DNA from: the human T2T-CHM13v2.0 reference genome, Homo sapiens
Strand: one strand, 5' to 3'
DNA: 64,000 nt
Assembly (NCBI RefSeq): GCF_009914755.1
Contig: NC_060927.1
The notes below the pieces were generated by a model. That model did not search any database. It was given only the letters and a program-made list of their open reading frames with translations, and had not been told where the DNA came from. This document shows, one piece after another, positions 1-15,025 of this stretch (its first letter is position 1; each line of letters begins with the position of its first letter). Position numbers and translations under genes: made by a program.

Positions 1-62
1 AATTATGCTGTGAACCGAAAACTGCTCTAAAAACTAAAGGCTATTAAAATTATTTTAAAAAA
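1..62 (+). mobile_element. 3' terminus of an old L1M (L1MB/MC/MD-type) LINE
   Basis: TGCTGTGAACCGAAAACTGCTCTAAAAACTAAAG matches the typical L1M 3' end motif, followed by an A-rich tail. Confidence 0.65.
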
Positions 63-544
63 TCATTTGGCCATAGTGTGGAAAAAGGATTGGATTTGGA
101 GATGAGGAAGTAGAAGGCAGAATCGGGCTGCAGTCTAAGAGACCATTTATGAGCGTATCACCAGCATCCAGGCGTGAAAGGATGAGGGTCCCAGCCCAAC
201 TATGCTAGTAAAATGAACCTGATGGAACCGACACAGGGGCTCACTATTTGCCTGTGGCTTGGCATACTCACCCTCTGAAAGGGGGCATAGAGTGGCTGGG
301 GTGGGGGAACAATGATGTATCCCATCCTTGAATAGTACACAGAGAAAGCTGCCAGGAAGGATGCCCTGGAGGTGGGTGGGGCAGCAGGTAGGTAAAGCTA
401 AGCAAAGGCTACCCTTGGCATCATCCTGGCTTACCTTGGCCTTGGCTCCTGGACTTGTCTTTCTCAACTGCAGCTTGCAGCGTTGACAGATGCACTCAGG
501 GTCAGGATGCTTAGGTATAATTATGATCTTGCTGACTAGTGGGC

Positions 545-735
545 CTTTCACTGAGCACTCATGACCTGCCAGCATTGCGCGTCCTTGAATACTCCTCACC
601 ATCACCCTGCAAGGCAGGTTTTAATGTGACCCCGTTGTCAGATGAAAAAAACTGAGACTCGGAGAGGTCAAGCAAATACTGTACGTGGTGGAAACGGAAC
701 TGGAGTTCAGTCTCTTGACTCTCTGCCCAGTGCCA
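545..735 (-). mobile_element. MIR SINE
   Basis: Core CAGATGAAAAAAACTGAGACTCGGAGAGGTCAAG is the reverse complement of the MIR core. Confidence 0.75.
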
Positions 736-849
736 CAACCCTGCTGGAATTCAACAAGATAAAAAAAAACAAGGTCCTCTATGACCTTAAGAAAAGAGAT
801 ATAAGAGGTTTTTTTTAAAAAAATGCGCTTTTTTTTTAACAAAAATTAC

Positions 850-950
850 ACTTTTTTATTTTTATTTTTTAAATAATTTCAAAGTTGCAGAAAAATTACA
901 AAAAAAGTGACAAGAACTCCCATATACTTTTCACCCAGATTCACCAAGTC
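850..950 (-). mobile_element. L1MC-type 3' end fragment
   Basis: T-rich tail then ATAATTTCAAAGTTGCAGAAAA...CCCATATACTTTTCACCCAGATTCACC. Confidence 0.65.
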
Positions 951-1162
951 TTTAAAAGTCGACTATATTGGCTTCATATATTGCCTTTGAATTCACGAGT
1001 TTAGACCATTTATATTTAATGTGATTATTGATATGTTGGGTTTACATGGAGCACCTTACTGTTTTAAATCTATTGTCTTGATATTTCTACATGTTTATTG
1101 ACTTTTTCTTCCCCTTTCTTCCTTTTCTTTCCACTTTTGAGTTAATTAAATATAATTTATGA

Positions 1163-1838
<676 letters not shown>

Positions 1839-2303
1839 TATGGTGCATATCTTTAACTCAAGTAATATTATATTTCTCATATAGAAACTTACAGGAGTAT
1901 GCTTCCATTTCTCCCCTCCCAATCTTTGTGCTATTGTTGCCACACATTTTACTTCTATGTATGTTATAAATTGTCCAATACATTGTTATTATTTTTCCTT
2001 TAAATAGATAATTATATTTTTTAAAGTTAAATAATAAGAAAAAAGCTCCTACACGTAACCGTTCCTGTATGAATGTAGTTGCCATTCTTGGTGTTCTCCA
2101 TTCCTTTCAGTGGATCCCGATTTCCATCTGATATCACTTCCTTCTGCCTAATGGATTTCCTTTCATCTTTCTTATAGTGTAGGTCAACTGATGATGCACT
2201 CTTTCAGCTTTTCTGTGTCTGAGCAATCTATTCTGCCTTTATTTCTAAAAGACATTTTCTCTAGTTATAGAATTCTAAGTTGGTTTTACTTTTCCGAGCT
2301 TGA

Positions 2304-2905
<602 letters not shown>

Positions 2906-4299
2906 TGTTTTTAATGTTAAGCCTGCTATAATTCTGTGCTTTGTTCCATTGTACGTGATGTGTCTTTTTTCTCTAACTGCTTTAATTTTTTTTTTCTTTT
3001 TGCTACTGGCTTTAAGAAATTTGGTTAAGATATGCCTTGTACTTTTCTTCAGTTTTCTTATGCTTGGGGGTTCGTTGACCTTCTTGGATCTGGGGGTGTA
3101 TAGTTTTTATCAAACTTAGAAAAACTTTAGCCATTATTTCTTCAATACTTTTCTCTGTACTCTCTCCAACTGTGTGACCTCAATTGTATACATATATGAG
3201 GCCACTTGAAGTTATCCCAGAGCTCACTGATAATTTATTCATTTTCTCCCCAGGCTTTCTTCTCCTTGGGTTTTATTTTGGCTTGCATTTTGTATTTCGG
3301 TTGTGAGAGCATCAAATTCACTAAGTTCTCTGTGATCACCAATCTGCTGTTAATCTTGTTCAGTGTATTTTTATCTCAGATCCAGAATGATGAGAACTCA
3401 GGGTGGTGGGTGGAGAACCTACACTTGCAGCTGCAGGAATTAGAAATTTCCTAGAATGGTGGCATTTGAGACCTGCCTCAAATGTAGGGAGTGGAGCTAT
3501 TTCAGGAAGAAAGAGATGCAGATTAAAAAGGATGGGGGCATCACTGGTGGAGGGACCAGTGGAAGGCAAGGCACAGAAGCCAGGAAGTATCCTGCCGATG
3601 TGGACGCTGGTTGACAGTAGAATGTTGAAAGGACAGAGAATGGGTTGCAAAGCCAATAGGGAGAGCCTTGAATGTCCCGGTGAGCCTTCAACATTTTTAG
3701 AGGGAAAAAGCATTAGGCCAGGATTGGAATCCAAAGCCCAAAACCACACAAAATCAAGACCAGAATTCCTAACAGGCATGGGGTCACGGATTCCTTGCGT
3801 TAAAGTCACTTCTTCTCCTTGGTAATTAACTCTCCCATCTGAAACAAGAGGATTGAATATTGCTTCTCTACTGTTTGGTATACACAGTCTCCAAGGCCAC
3901 CTTCTGCTCTAAATGGGCATGACTCTGAGTCAACTTAATTTTGAAAGCACCGGAGAGTCATTGCTTTAGAGCAGGAGAGTGACATGCTTTTGAAGGAGAT
4001 GGATATTTGAGCACTCATGAACAAGTCAGGTGAGTAAGTGCCCATTGTGACGGCAGTTAGTGAGTGTTGCAGGGGAGGAACTGCATGCTTAGATATGTGT
4101 GTTTTTCCGATTCATTAAAAAATGAAGATGAAAGAGGGCCAGAGAGAGATAGCATGGAGGATACATTTTGAAGGTTCAATCAAGTAAACATCAAATGAGG
4201 AAAAAGTGATAGCTTCAAGTGTTGAATACAACCCAGAACTGTCCAGTGGGAAATCCCAGCTGGAGGCTGGGACACCATTTATGACCCAGCTAATTCCTT

Positions 4300-4480
4300 T
4301 AGATGTAGTGGTCCAAGAATTACAGACAACTTGGTTCAAGTTTTTACTAATGAGATTTTAAATGAAATTCTGTAACCTGTGAGTCTTGGTTTCTTTGTTT
4401 TAAAAAATGGTAAGAATAATACCCAAATCATAACTTTGTAGTAAGCACTAAATATGATAGCATGTAATAGACTATGAATG
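4300..4480 (+). mobile_element. MIR SINE (diverged)
   Basis: GTAACCTGTGAGTCTTGGTTTCTTTGTTTTAAAAAATGGTAAGAATAATAC resembles the MIR core. Confidence 0.5.
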
Positions 4481-4506
4481 TCATTAATATCCAGCATGTT
4501 TTTTTA

Positions 4507-5285
4507 AAGTAGAAATTGACAAACTGATTCTAAAACTCATATGGCAATACAAAGGACCTAGAAAGTAAACAAAACAAAATAAAACTTTGCAAAAGAAGAA
4601 CAAACTAGAATGAGATTAACACAACCTGATAAACTTATATAAGTTATTATATATAACTTATTATATGAAGTTATATAATGTAGAGTAATCAGAAAAGTAT
4701 AATTTGGCATAATGACAGACAAATAGATCAATGGAACAGAATATAGAGTACAGAATTAGATCCACACATACATGGACACCAGATTTTTCACAAAAGTTCA
4801 AGGGCAATTTAGTGGAGAAAGGGTAGTTTTTCAACAAATGGTGCTGAAGCAATTGGACATCTATACGCTCAATGAACTTTGATTCACTATCACACCATAC
4901 ACATCAGTTCACATATGTATACATACATAGTTATATACATATATTATAAGTTAATGTGAAATGAAGTATAGAGCTAAATGTTAAAACTATAATGATAAAA
5001 CTAAAAAAAAAAAGAAACAGGAAAAAAACTCTGCATCCTTGGGTTAAACAAACATTTCTTAGATACAACAACTAAAGCACCATCCATAATAGCACAAATG
5101 ATAAAATGGATATCATCAAAATCAAACTTCTGTCTTTCAAAGGATACTTCTAAGAGAATTCATAGGCAACACACGGAATGGGAGAAAATATATGCAAATC
5201 CTGTGTCTGATAAAGAACTTGTATTCAGAATATATAAAGAACTCTCAAAACTCAATCATAAGAAATCAAACAACCCAATTTAAAA
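4507..5285 (+). mobile_element. L1M ORF2 3' region, part 1
   Basis: GTAGAAATTGACAAACTGATTCTAAAA...; ORF 5098-5283 (RQHTEWEKIYANPVSDKELVFRIYKEL) resembles the L1 ORF2p C-terminal region. Confidence 0.9.
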
Positions 5286-5376
5286 CACACGGGTGATGCT
5301 TTATACTCCAGAAAGTATGATTTAAAGGCACAAGATCATGGCCCTTGTCACAGCCATTGAATGTGCATTGAGATGG

Positions 5377-5665
5377 TTTTTTTTAATTTCTTAGACAAGT
5401 TCTTACTCTGTCATCCAGGATGGTGTGCAGTGATACCATCATAGCTCACTGCAGCCTCAAACTCCTGAACTCAAGCGATCCTCCCTCCTCAGCCTCCTGA
5501 GTATCTGGGACCATAGGTGCTTGCCACCACGCCTGGCTAATTTTTTTTATTGTTGTTGTAACAGTTTTGTGTAGACAGGGTCTCACTGTGTTGTCCAGGC
5601 TGGTCTCAAACTCCTGGGCTCAACCAGTCCTTCTGCCTCGGTCTCCTGAAGTGCTGGGATTACAG
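5377..5665 (-). mobile_element. AluJ lacking about 20 nt at its 5' end
   Basis: ATCATAGCTCACTGCAGCCTCAAACTCCTGAACTCAAGCGATCCTCC (J-type). Confidence 0.9.
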
Positions 5666-6012
5666 TGAAATTCTTTTCTATAATTTTTAAAAATTATAAT
5701 TGAAAAATAAGTAAGCTGTTGTAACATGTAAGGTCGTGACAATTTTTGTAGTTGTATTTGAAATCAGATTTCTATAACCTGCATTTGTATACAGAATTCT
5801 CAGTGGCTTTATATATTGTGAAATTTTTATCTAAGGTTGAGGTGTGGATTATGCTTAAGAGTAAAAACTGAAATGAGACGATTTACTTTGCTTACAATGC
5901 TATGCTGTACAACTTGAGAATTGTATATTAATTTACCATGTATAATGAACTGAAACTGTTTATACCTCCAAGTTTTTACACTGAAGATTAACAAGCTTTT
6001 TTAAATTCAAAA

Positions 6013-6190
6013 CTTTTTATTTTCTTATTAAGGGAATAAGCCGTTCAGCTCAATCTGCATATGTGTGCTTTTTATTTTCTTATTAAGGGAATAAACCGTT
6101 CAGTTCAATCTGCATATGTGTGCTTTTTATTTTCTTATTAAGGGAATAAGCCGTTCAGCTCAATCTGCATATGTGTGCTTTTTATTTTCT
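6013..6190. repeat. 55-bp minisatellite, 3.2 copies
   Basis: Unit CTTTTTATTTTCTTATTAAGGGAATAAGCCGTTCAGCTCAATCTGCATATGTGTG starts at 6013, 6068 and 6123, partial at 6178. Confidence 0.97.
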
Positions 6191-6291
6191 GGATGCACAG
6201 TGAAGCTTTATGCTTGTATCTCACTGCATTCTATCTGATTGCAGAAACTAAAGCACAATTTACAAGCACAGAAACAAAACAAAACAAAAAA

Positions 6292-7385
<1,094 letters not shown>

Positions 7386-7419
7386 TATGAAAATTTGGGC
7401 ATCTATGTTGTACAGATAT

Positions 7420-7645
7420 AGATTCAATTCCCATATTTAAGTCCCAGCGTCACCACTTATATTCTATATAAGCTTAGACAAGTCACTCAATCCCTCTGAA
7501 TCTCAGCAGTCTCGTCTGTAAAATGAAGATGATAATATTCCTATCTTCCTTGGAAGATTATTATGAACACAGAACAAAATAATATTTATATAATGCTTAA
7601 TAGCATGCTTAGGACATAGTATGTGCTTAACAAAAATTATTATTA
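7420..7645 (+). mobile_element. MIR SINE
   Basis: CAAGTCACTCAATCCCTCTGAATCTCAGCAGTCTCGTCTGTAAAATGAAGATGATAATA. Confidence 0.8.
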
Positions 7646-8869
7646 AAGTGCTTCCCACTGCACCTGATATTAGCTTAATGCTCAGTAACGTTTTACCCCA
7701 TCTCCACCCTTACTTTCCCTACTAAACTTGATGTGTGTGGTCACAAAACAGTCTGGCACTCTAGACAAAGAGGGGTCATTAGCTGCATCAGGCAGAAAAA
7801 GCCAGCTTCTGAGTGAGGCAATTCGACTGGGTCTAGATCTCCCATCTCGTCCCTGGGTGGGTGTGGCTGATGTTGGCCCCACGAGGTGAGGGCTGTAGGC
7901 AGTGCTCTTTGAGCATGGTGACTCGGCCTAAGAAGTGGCTGGCATGGTGGAGGCTAGACTCCTCCCTTTCTCCTGGACCCTCATGGAACTTTCCACGTCC
8001 ACAAGTGCAGCCGTGCAGTTTGTAAGCCCCAGCTCTCCCTCCAGGGTGGAGCAAACACTTTGGAGGGTGACCCTATTGTCCAGGAGATTTCTTTGGCCAC
8101 AAAAGCCCTGCTGAAGTCTCCACATCCCTGAAACAAAACTAAGACTAGAACTTTCATGAAAGAACAAGGCCCTGCTCTGTGTGGCCGCAGCAGCTGAAAC
8201 TTTAGCAGCAGTGGCGGAGACAGCAACCCCACCGCTAACTTATTCTGGCAACAAAGACGCCCCCCTTTCAGTTAACCTTTCACTTCCTCTGACTTCCTTG
8301 ACAAAGGGTTAGAGTTTGGAAGCAGGTAGAGCTGAGAGGTGTGGTTGGGATGGGGGTGGCGGCTGGGAGTCGTGAGCAGGTTTCAGGTGCATTAGAAATA
8401 AAGGGAGTTTGTTCAGCTTTTTATGGAAGGTTTCCTCATTTGCCTGGTGGCAGGTGATGATGCTGGTGTTAAGTATCAGACCTGGCTTTACAAACGAGCC
8501 CTGGTGGGAGGAGAGCTGAGCTCTGAAGGCCACACCTCGTCTGAAGGGTGTCTGCAGGCATTCTCGGCAGTCTGGGATTTGGGGACTTTTGGAAGGAAGG
8601 TGGCTTACATACCCCTAGGATTCCCAAACATATTGCCAGGACCCATTTTAACCTCACACCAAGCCTGTGTGTGAGTTTCATATTATTTCCATTTTTCAGA
8701 TAAGACAACGAAGGCTCAAAATGTGTTTGAGCTTGGAGTCAGAAAAATGTTGTTTCATTCACTCATTCAACAAAACTGAAAATTGCACAGTGTGGGCAAA
8801 GGTATGCGGGTAAGGTAGAGAACACACCCAGGCCCATCCTCGAGGGCCTCACTGTGGTGTGACTACATC

Positions 8870-9060
8870 CATCATGCCTTGTTGAGTGGCCTTGGGAAAG
8901 TTACAAACCTTTTTTTTAAGCTTCAGTTTTAAGACCTCTGGAAAAAAATGGGATTATAAACCTTTACTCAAAAGATTTCCATAAAGAGAAGTTGAGTTAA
9001 ATAAGATAATATCTGTCACATCTCCAGAGTCTGGCACAGAGTAGACACTCCAGAAATTTG
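8870..9060 (+). mobile_element. MIR SINE
   Basis: GTGGCCTTGGGAAAGTTAC...CTTCAGTTTT...AAAATGGGATTATAA...CTGGCACAGAGTAGACACTC. Confidence 0.65.
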
Positions 9061-9289
9061 GCCTTGATGACTATCAGTGATGAGGAGGATGGGGGTCCAG
9101 GTAACCCAGTGTTCCCATTGGGCCTGCATTATATGGGAAGAGCCACGGCAGAGCCAGGGAATCTCCTGGAGCTGCATCCATCCTGAAACCAGGGAAAAAT
9201 CCAGGGATCTCATAATCCAAAATTGAGTTCCCTCCCAAACAAGGAGTAGCTTTGGCTAAGGGCTTTTATTTTGAAAGTGGAGTGTAAAT

Positions 9290-9445
9290 TTGAGTCACTC
9301 TCATTCATTCAACACGTATTTCTTAGCACCTGCATTGGGGTATAATGTTGCTGTGTTATGTACAGTCCAGGATGGGGGACAAGCTTCAAGCTGCTATGAT
9401 GCGTGCACTGACAAGCGTACCCTGGGATAACAGAGGAGGCATCTG
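9290..9445 (-). mobile_element. L2 3' end fragment
   Basis: TCACTCTCATTCATTCAACACGTATTTCTTAGCACCT is an antisense L2 tail. Confidence 0.6.
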
Positions 9446-10109
9446 GTCCAGCCTTGGTGTGGTGGGTGCTGCTCCCTCTCCATCCCGCACCCTCATCCCA
9501 GGCAGTCAGTCACCTGCAAAGGCTGCTTCCTGCAGCATGGCTGTGAGCCTGCCCTCTGTTTACTGTTGCCACAGCCCAGTCCACAGCCCCACTGAGTGAC
9601 TACAGTCACCTGCCCATGGGCTGCTCTGTCCCCAGCGTCTCCCTTCCTCACTGAGTGCACCCGGCCATGCTTCCTGAACTCAAAGATCTCAACACCTCAC
9701 TTCTTTGCTCAAAATCTTCAAAAGCTCCACTTACATGTGGGAGGCCTCTGCAGTACAGCCCAGTCTTCCAGTTTCCAAACCGACCTCCTACTTGTGGCCT
9801 GCACTCATCCCCTGCACCATATCCCCTTGACTTCAGGAAAACCAGTTGCCACTTCATATGCAGACTTGCACTGCTCACCTTCCGAATGTCCTTCCCACCT
9901 ACCCCATGGAGCCCCAGCCCCACTTCTTGCACGAGGAAGACCATAATTATATATACTTTAAAAAATCAGTCTTACTCTGTGAATCGTCAACTCAGTTTCC
10001 AACTATTGACAGTAATGACTTAAGGAATGGCACTTCCCAGCCCAGGGGTACTTGCTTAGCAATCGTTGATTCCATATGTTTACAAACTGTTCTTCACAGA
10101 CATTCGGAC

Positions 10110-10260
10110 CTCAACTCACTCAGGACAGAGGGCAGGGTGGTGTCATTATTATCATTCCCATTTTACAGATAAGGAAATAGTACTAAAGGAGTAAAGTGAC
10201 AAATCCAAATGAATAAATGACCCAGGTGAAATGCAGATGTAAGACCTGCCTGTTCACATC
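10110..10260 (-). mobile_element. MIR SINE
   Basis: ATTATCATTCCCATTTTACAGATAAGGAAA. Confidence 0.75.
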
Positions 10261-13200
10261 CCATGTCCCTCCCCTCCCCACCAACACATACACAACTTTA
10301 AGATCAAATGAGCTATTTTTTATTGAGGAGATTCATGTGACAAATACATATTTGTTGAACAAAGTGGTAGAGGAAACTTCCAGTCAGCATGGCCAATGTC
10401 CTGGTGGATGCAGGGGTGGCAGCTAGCCAGAGACTCAGCCTGCCTTCACCTGCCCAGAGACTCAGCCTCACATGCTATGCCCTGCAGTTCAACTCAGGGA
10501 ATTGTACCAACAGGCCAGTGATTGTAGGGGAGGCAGGGGAACCCCAGACACCATCCCTGGCCTCAAGGAGCAATTTAGTGTATTTGCCAGATTTGCAAAA
10601 CACTTATGCTAAAAGCTAAGGTACAAAAGATGATATAGACAGATATTCACAAGGGCTATGGGGATGCAGGGGTTACCATCAGAGCCATTGGGGACAGAAT
10701 CCAAAGGTGCTCTGTGGAGGCATTGGGATTTGAGAGATCCTGAGGGAGGGAGCCATGGATTCGTGGAAAGGGAACAGAATGAGCAAAGGAAAGAACACGC
10801 TGCTCTGGGAAGAGGATAGATGGAAGTGGAGGGAGAAATGGGAAGGGCTTCTCATTCCAGAGAATTCCCTTGCTCTTCTTCCGCTTATCTGAATTCCTCT
10901 CTTTCTTTACCAACTGGGGCTGAGGCCTATTTATTTGATACTATAGCTTCAGATTTAAGAGATGCATCTTTTATTAAGTTCCATGCTCTTAATTTGATTA
11001 TTAGATAAATTGAAAATTTATAATTTTTTAAAACAGAAAATACTAGATTATGCCAAATGTACCTGATCTATGATAGATCTTTCATTTAAAAAACAAAATT
11101 CCCTTGCTACTGCTATAAACGAACCCAACACTGTGATGAGCTCTCTCTGCAGCCACTGAAAAGGCAGGTGAAGCCAGCAGCCAGCTGCTTCTGCACGCTT
11201 TTCGGGTGGGTAGTTGTTTACCCCTGGAGCCTGGGCTGCTTGCTGCCTGGCATGGGGCTCCCTGGCCCTGGGGACACAACCCACCCCTTGAGAGGAGTCG
11301 GCATGGCTAGGTGCAGCCTGGAAGGAGCTGTCTGGGGAGAGACTCGCCCAGCAGCGTGTGGAGAGGAAAGCCACTCTGAGTGCCAGAGTGACCGTCCTCA
11401 TGGGGCCCATGGCCCCCACAAAGCCCTGGAAGGAGCTATTGAGATTTAATTGTGCAAACCCACGTGGCTGATGGGAAGGACACGGGAGGGGCTTTAGGGG
11501 GCTTCTTTTCCTTTCTTCTCTTTCTTTTCTCTTTTTTTCTTTTTTCCCCTGACTGATGGAATAAAAAGAAATGATGCGTCTGTCTGCTGCAGCCTGGGGA
11601 CTTTCTTAGGGTTCTCTGTGTGGTGTTATTTGAAAAAAGACAAAACCCCCAAACAAAACACAGTTGTATTAACACAAAAGTCCAACTCCACGGTTGAAAT
11701 CTCCCTTTCCATTCCCAAGGACGGGTTTCCCAAATGAACCCCAGCTCATCCGTGCAGACAATGGGGTCCCCAGGGAGCCGCACGTGATCAGACCAGTGAG
11801 TGAGGGGCCATCAGGCCAGCAGCCGGGTCTCTGCGACCTCCCCCAGCTCTGAGAATGAGGGATGTGAGTTTTCTATCTTCAGCCCGTATCTCCTGTGATC
11901 AAATGTGATGCCAAATGCCCAAACGATCCAGGCACGGGGCATGTCCACGTTATCGGTCCCTGATGTCACTTCTGTTTGCTTGTCTTGTCCGCACCCCCAC
12001 GAGACTGTTCCCCTGGTACCCAGCACAGGGTGCACAAGCCCAGCTTGCTGAACAAATACGTATGGGTGTGTGTACCTGCTCACATTGCCTCATCTCAGGT
12101 ATTTTTAAAAGTTTTTGAATATCTCTTTAAAAGACATCCCTCAGCTGCTGGAATCTGGAAAACAGGTAGAATCTGGCACCAGGACCTAAAATAGGCACTT
12201 CCAGAGGAATCTGTGGGGTGCTCCAGGCCAAAGTTCTGGCTGAATTAAAGGAAAGTTGCAGGAGCTCTTACCTAAGTTATTGTATGAACCAGGTAACTGA
12301 GTGCAGCTGAATTTTGGAGTCATGAGGACACACCCTGAGGCTGTCAGAGAAAAACTGTGGATTTTCTTGGTTTTGAGGCTAAGGTGCTCTCTGTAAGCAG
12401 GGGCCTCTGGGATAAAATTTCAAGCGTGTCCACCTGGAGCTACTGCATCTGGGGCTACAGGAAGTCAAGGTGTGAGGTTTACAGAGTCACAGAGCAGAGT
12501 GAAGGCATGTGAAAGTTCCCTCAGTCCTTTGTCTTACAGATACAGAAACGAAAGCCCTGAAGGAAGGCCTGCTTGGAAGGAGAAGAGATTGTAAACCTCT
12601 TTTCCTTTATATTCGTAGCACAGCAAGACTGTATCTTGTGAAAGATTCCCTTCCCTCACTTCAGACTCAGGGTGTCCACTGTACACACGTTTTCAGTTAT
12701 AAAGTTTAGCTGGATGGGCCAATGCTTTTCCCATCCCCTGGCTTGCCCAGGGCTGTGGCCGCAGGAAAAATGCTCCGGAGAAGGCGCAGGTGGCATCTGG
12801 GGTCTACATCAGCCACAGCGCAAGAGGAGGGCCTCAGTGGGGCTCCTTGGCTCAGGCTGAGGCTACAGCCCCCACATGACCTTCTGTACACACCTTGGCA
12901 CCAGCCACCCGCCAGCATAATCCCAGGGCTGAGGCTGCAGAGAGGACTCCAAATTAGCCAGGAGAAGACGTGCAGAGCAGCCTCAATGCTCTCTTAGATG
13001 CTGGGGCCCAGGCCAGTGGAGCCAAGTTGAGGCACAAGAAGGATTGTGCAGTTTCCCTGTCTCCCCTGCCTCTGTGTCTTAGGACGCTGTTGCATGAGGT
13101 CGCCATAACGGTGATGGGCCGTGACCTTGCCTCCTTGATCTCACTGCATCCCTGGCCTCTTCCAAGTGCAGCTTCAGAGCTCTCCAGCCCCTGCGTGGCC

Positions 13201-13639
13201 TCAGTTTGGCATCGTTGGACCAGGCAGGCCTGACAGTTCCTTTGTTCCCCCCACCGTGGAGCTTAGTCAGCAGGCCTCTGTTGGACCTTGGACAGAGTGA
13301 CCGAATCACAGTCATCAGGATGACATTCACTTTGCTCTGAGTCAGACTCTTAGAGCCAGCTCCGAGAACCTGGGGCTTGCATGGGAAGCACAAGCCTTGT
13401 GTTTATATTTGCTGCTGCTTCTGTGTTGGGCTTCTTATCATTTCTTATTCCATCCTGCTTGTCTTTCACCTTTCTCTTCCTAGAACAAGACTTTTTTCTC
13501 CTATGGTATTGAAACATGGTAGATATTTGAAGGGGGTAACAGAACTGGATCAAGAACAAAGACACAAGGGAATGAGGAAGCTCCTAAGGGTCCAGGGGAA
13601 GCAGAAAGGGCATTCCATGAGCGGTCAGAGACCTTGGGA

Positions 13640-13795
13640 TAAGCTCACTGCTAACACCATGGAGCTGTGTGGCCTTAGGCAAGTTGCTTCCCCCACTCTC
13701 CTTGCCTCAGTTTCTACATCTGTAAAATGGGGATGAAATAAGCCTACTATATGGGTTTGTTGTAAGACTGGATAAAATAATGACTATCACAGAGC
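13640..13795 (+). mobile_element. MIR SINE
   Basis: GCTGTGTGGCCTTAGGCAAGTTGC...GCCTCAGTTTCTACATCTGTAAAATGGGGATGA. Confidence 0.85.
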
Positions 13796-14769
13796 TTTGC
13801 ATTGTCACATGGCCCAGATCTGCAGACTTCCAGCAGCCCACAGAAATTTCGCTGGCAGAAGCAATGCTATCGGACAAGTATTTCTCACAAGCATTCTCTT
13901 TATGCTAATGAGTGGTTACATAATACTATTCCAAACCTCTCCAGGTATAGTGGTTGCAGAGAGGAAATATGAGTTCCCCCTGTGGCTGGGTAGGGAGCAG
14001 GTGCAGGGGGTGGGTCTGGGCCATCTTCCGAGGATAACAAGAGACACTAAGTCAGACTCTTGGAGTGTCATGAAAGAAAGGATTATTTGAGATCGCCCTG
14101 ATTCGCATGCATCATGTTTTCTATAGGAAATGCTTGGCCAACCCTTGAGAGTTTAGGGAAATTTTTAAATGACAGATTCAAGACTCCCCATCAATTCTGG
14201 ATCCTGAACTTCACTCAAAAAATGATCTAAACCACTGTAGGAGGCTAGTGAGCTTTTCCCTTGGTCAAGCTCTAGGACTGATCATTTCTGAGAATAAATT
14301 AGCAGGCAGCTAAGTGATTTAATCGACAGAAATCTCTTCACCCAAACTTGCCTCTGTTACCTCCCAGCCTGCCCTGCTGCCTAAAATACCACCATGAGAG
14401 GGCAATTACTCTACCTCCTCTTAGAAGCCAATCAGTCACAGAGGGTGGCCAATATCTGTTATTAGTTACCGTGGTGTCTCAAGGCTGAATGGAGCAAATC
14501 CTGTTTTTTTAATGCATGCATTGTTCTGCAGCTTGATCTGTTTCATTTAATATATCTTGGATATTTTTCATTTCAGGGTGTATGGACTTCTCATGTGTAT
14601 TTTTGTTGCCACATGGAGTAGGAAGGACCACAGAATAAGAAGAGTTGTCCAGCAGCAGAATAGCAGCCTTGGAAGAAAGTGAGCTTCCCATCACTGAAAG
14701 TGGCCAAGCAGACACTAACCACACAGGCATGATGAGGATTCCTGCACTGGATGAGCGGGTTATAGTCAC

Positions 14770-15025
14770 AAGAGTAAGTAGTTGACACTTACTGAACAAT
14801 TACTATATCTCAAGCATCACTCTGCATACTTTATGTGGGTTATCTCGTATGGTACTCACAGAACTCTATGAAGTAGGTATCACTATTATTTCCACTCATA
14901 CATATGAGAAAATGAAGACTCAGGGAAGTTAAGAAACAGCCAAAGGTCACAAATCTAGTAAGAGGGAGAGCCTGGATTCAAACCTGGGGGAGGATGCCTC
15001 CAGGGTTCAGGCTCTCAACCTTAGT
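14770..15025 (-). mobile_element. MIR SINE, near full length
   Basis: CTTACTGAACAATTACTAT...ATGAGAAAATGAAGACTCAGGGAAGTTAAG...GGATTCAAACC. Confidence 0.8.

Larger units (their letters stand above)
5286..6291 (+). pseudogene. Candidate processed (retrocopied) 3'UTR fragment inserted into the L1
   Basis: Non-L1 AT-rich block splits contiguous L1 sequence at AACCCAATTT|AAAA; ends with ACTAAA then GAAACAAAACAAAACAAAAAA. Confidence 0.55.

Noticed and set aside
4630-4680. Nested AT-rich palindromes in L1
   Set aside because: Low-complexity TA-rich sequence where short palindromes arise easily
10427-10468. 15-bp direct repeat CCAGAGACTCAGCCT
   Set aside because: A simple small local duplication with no further structure
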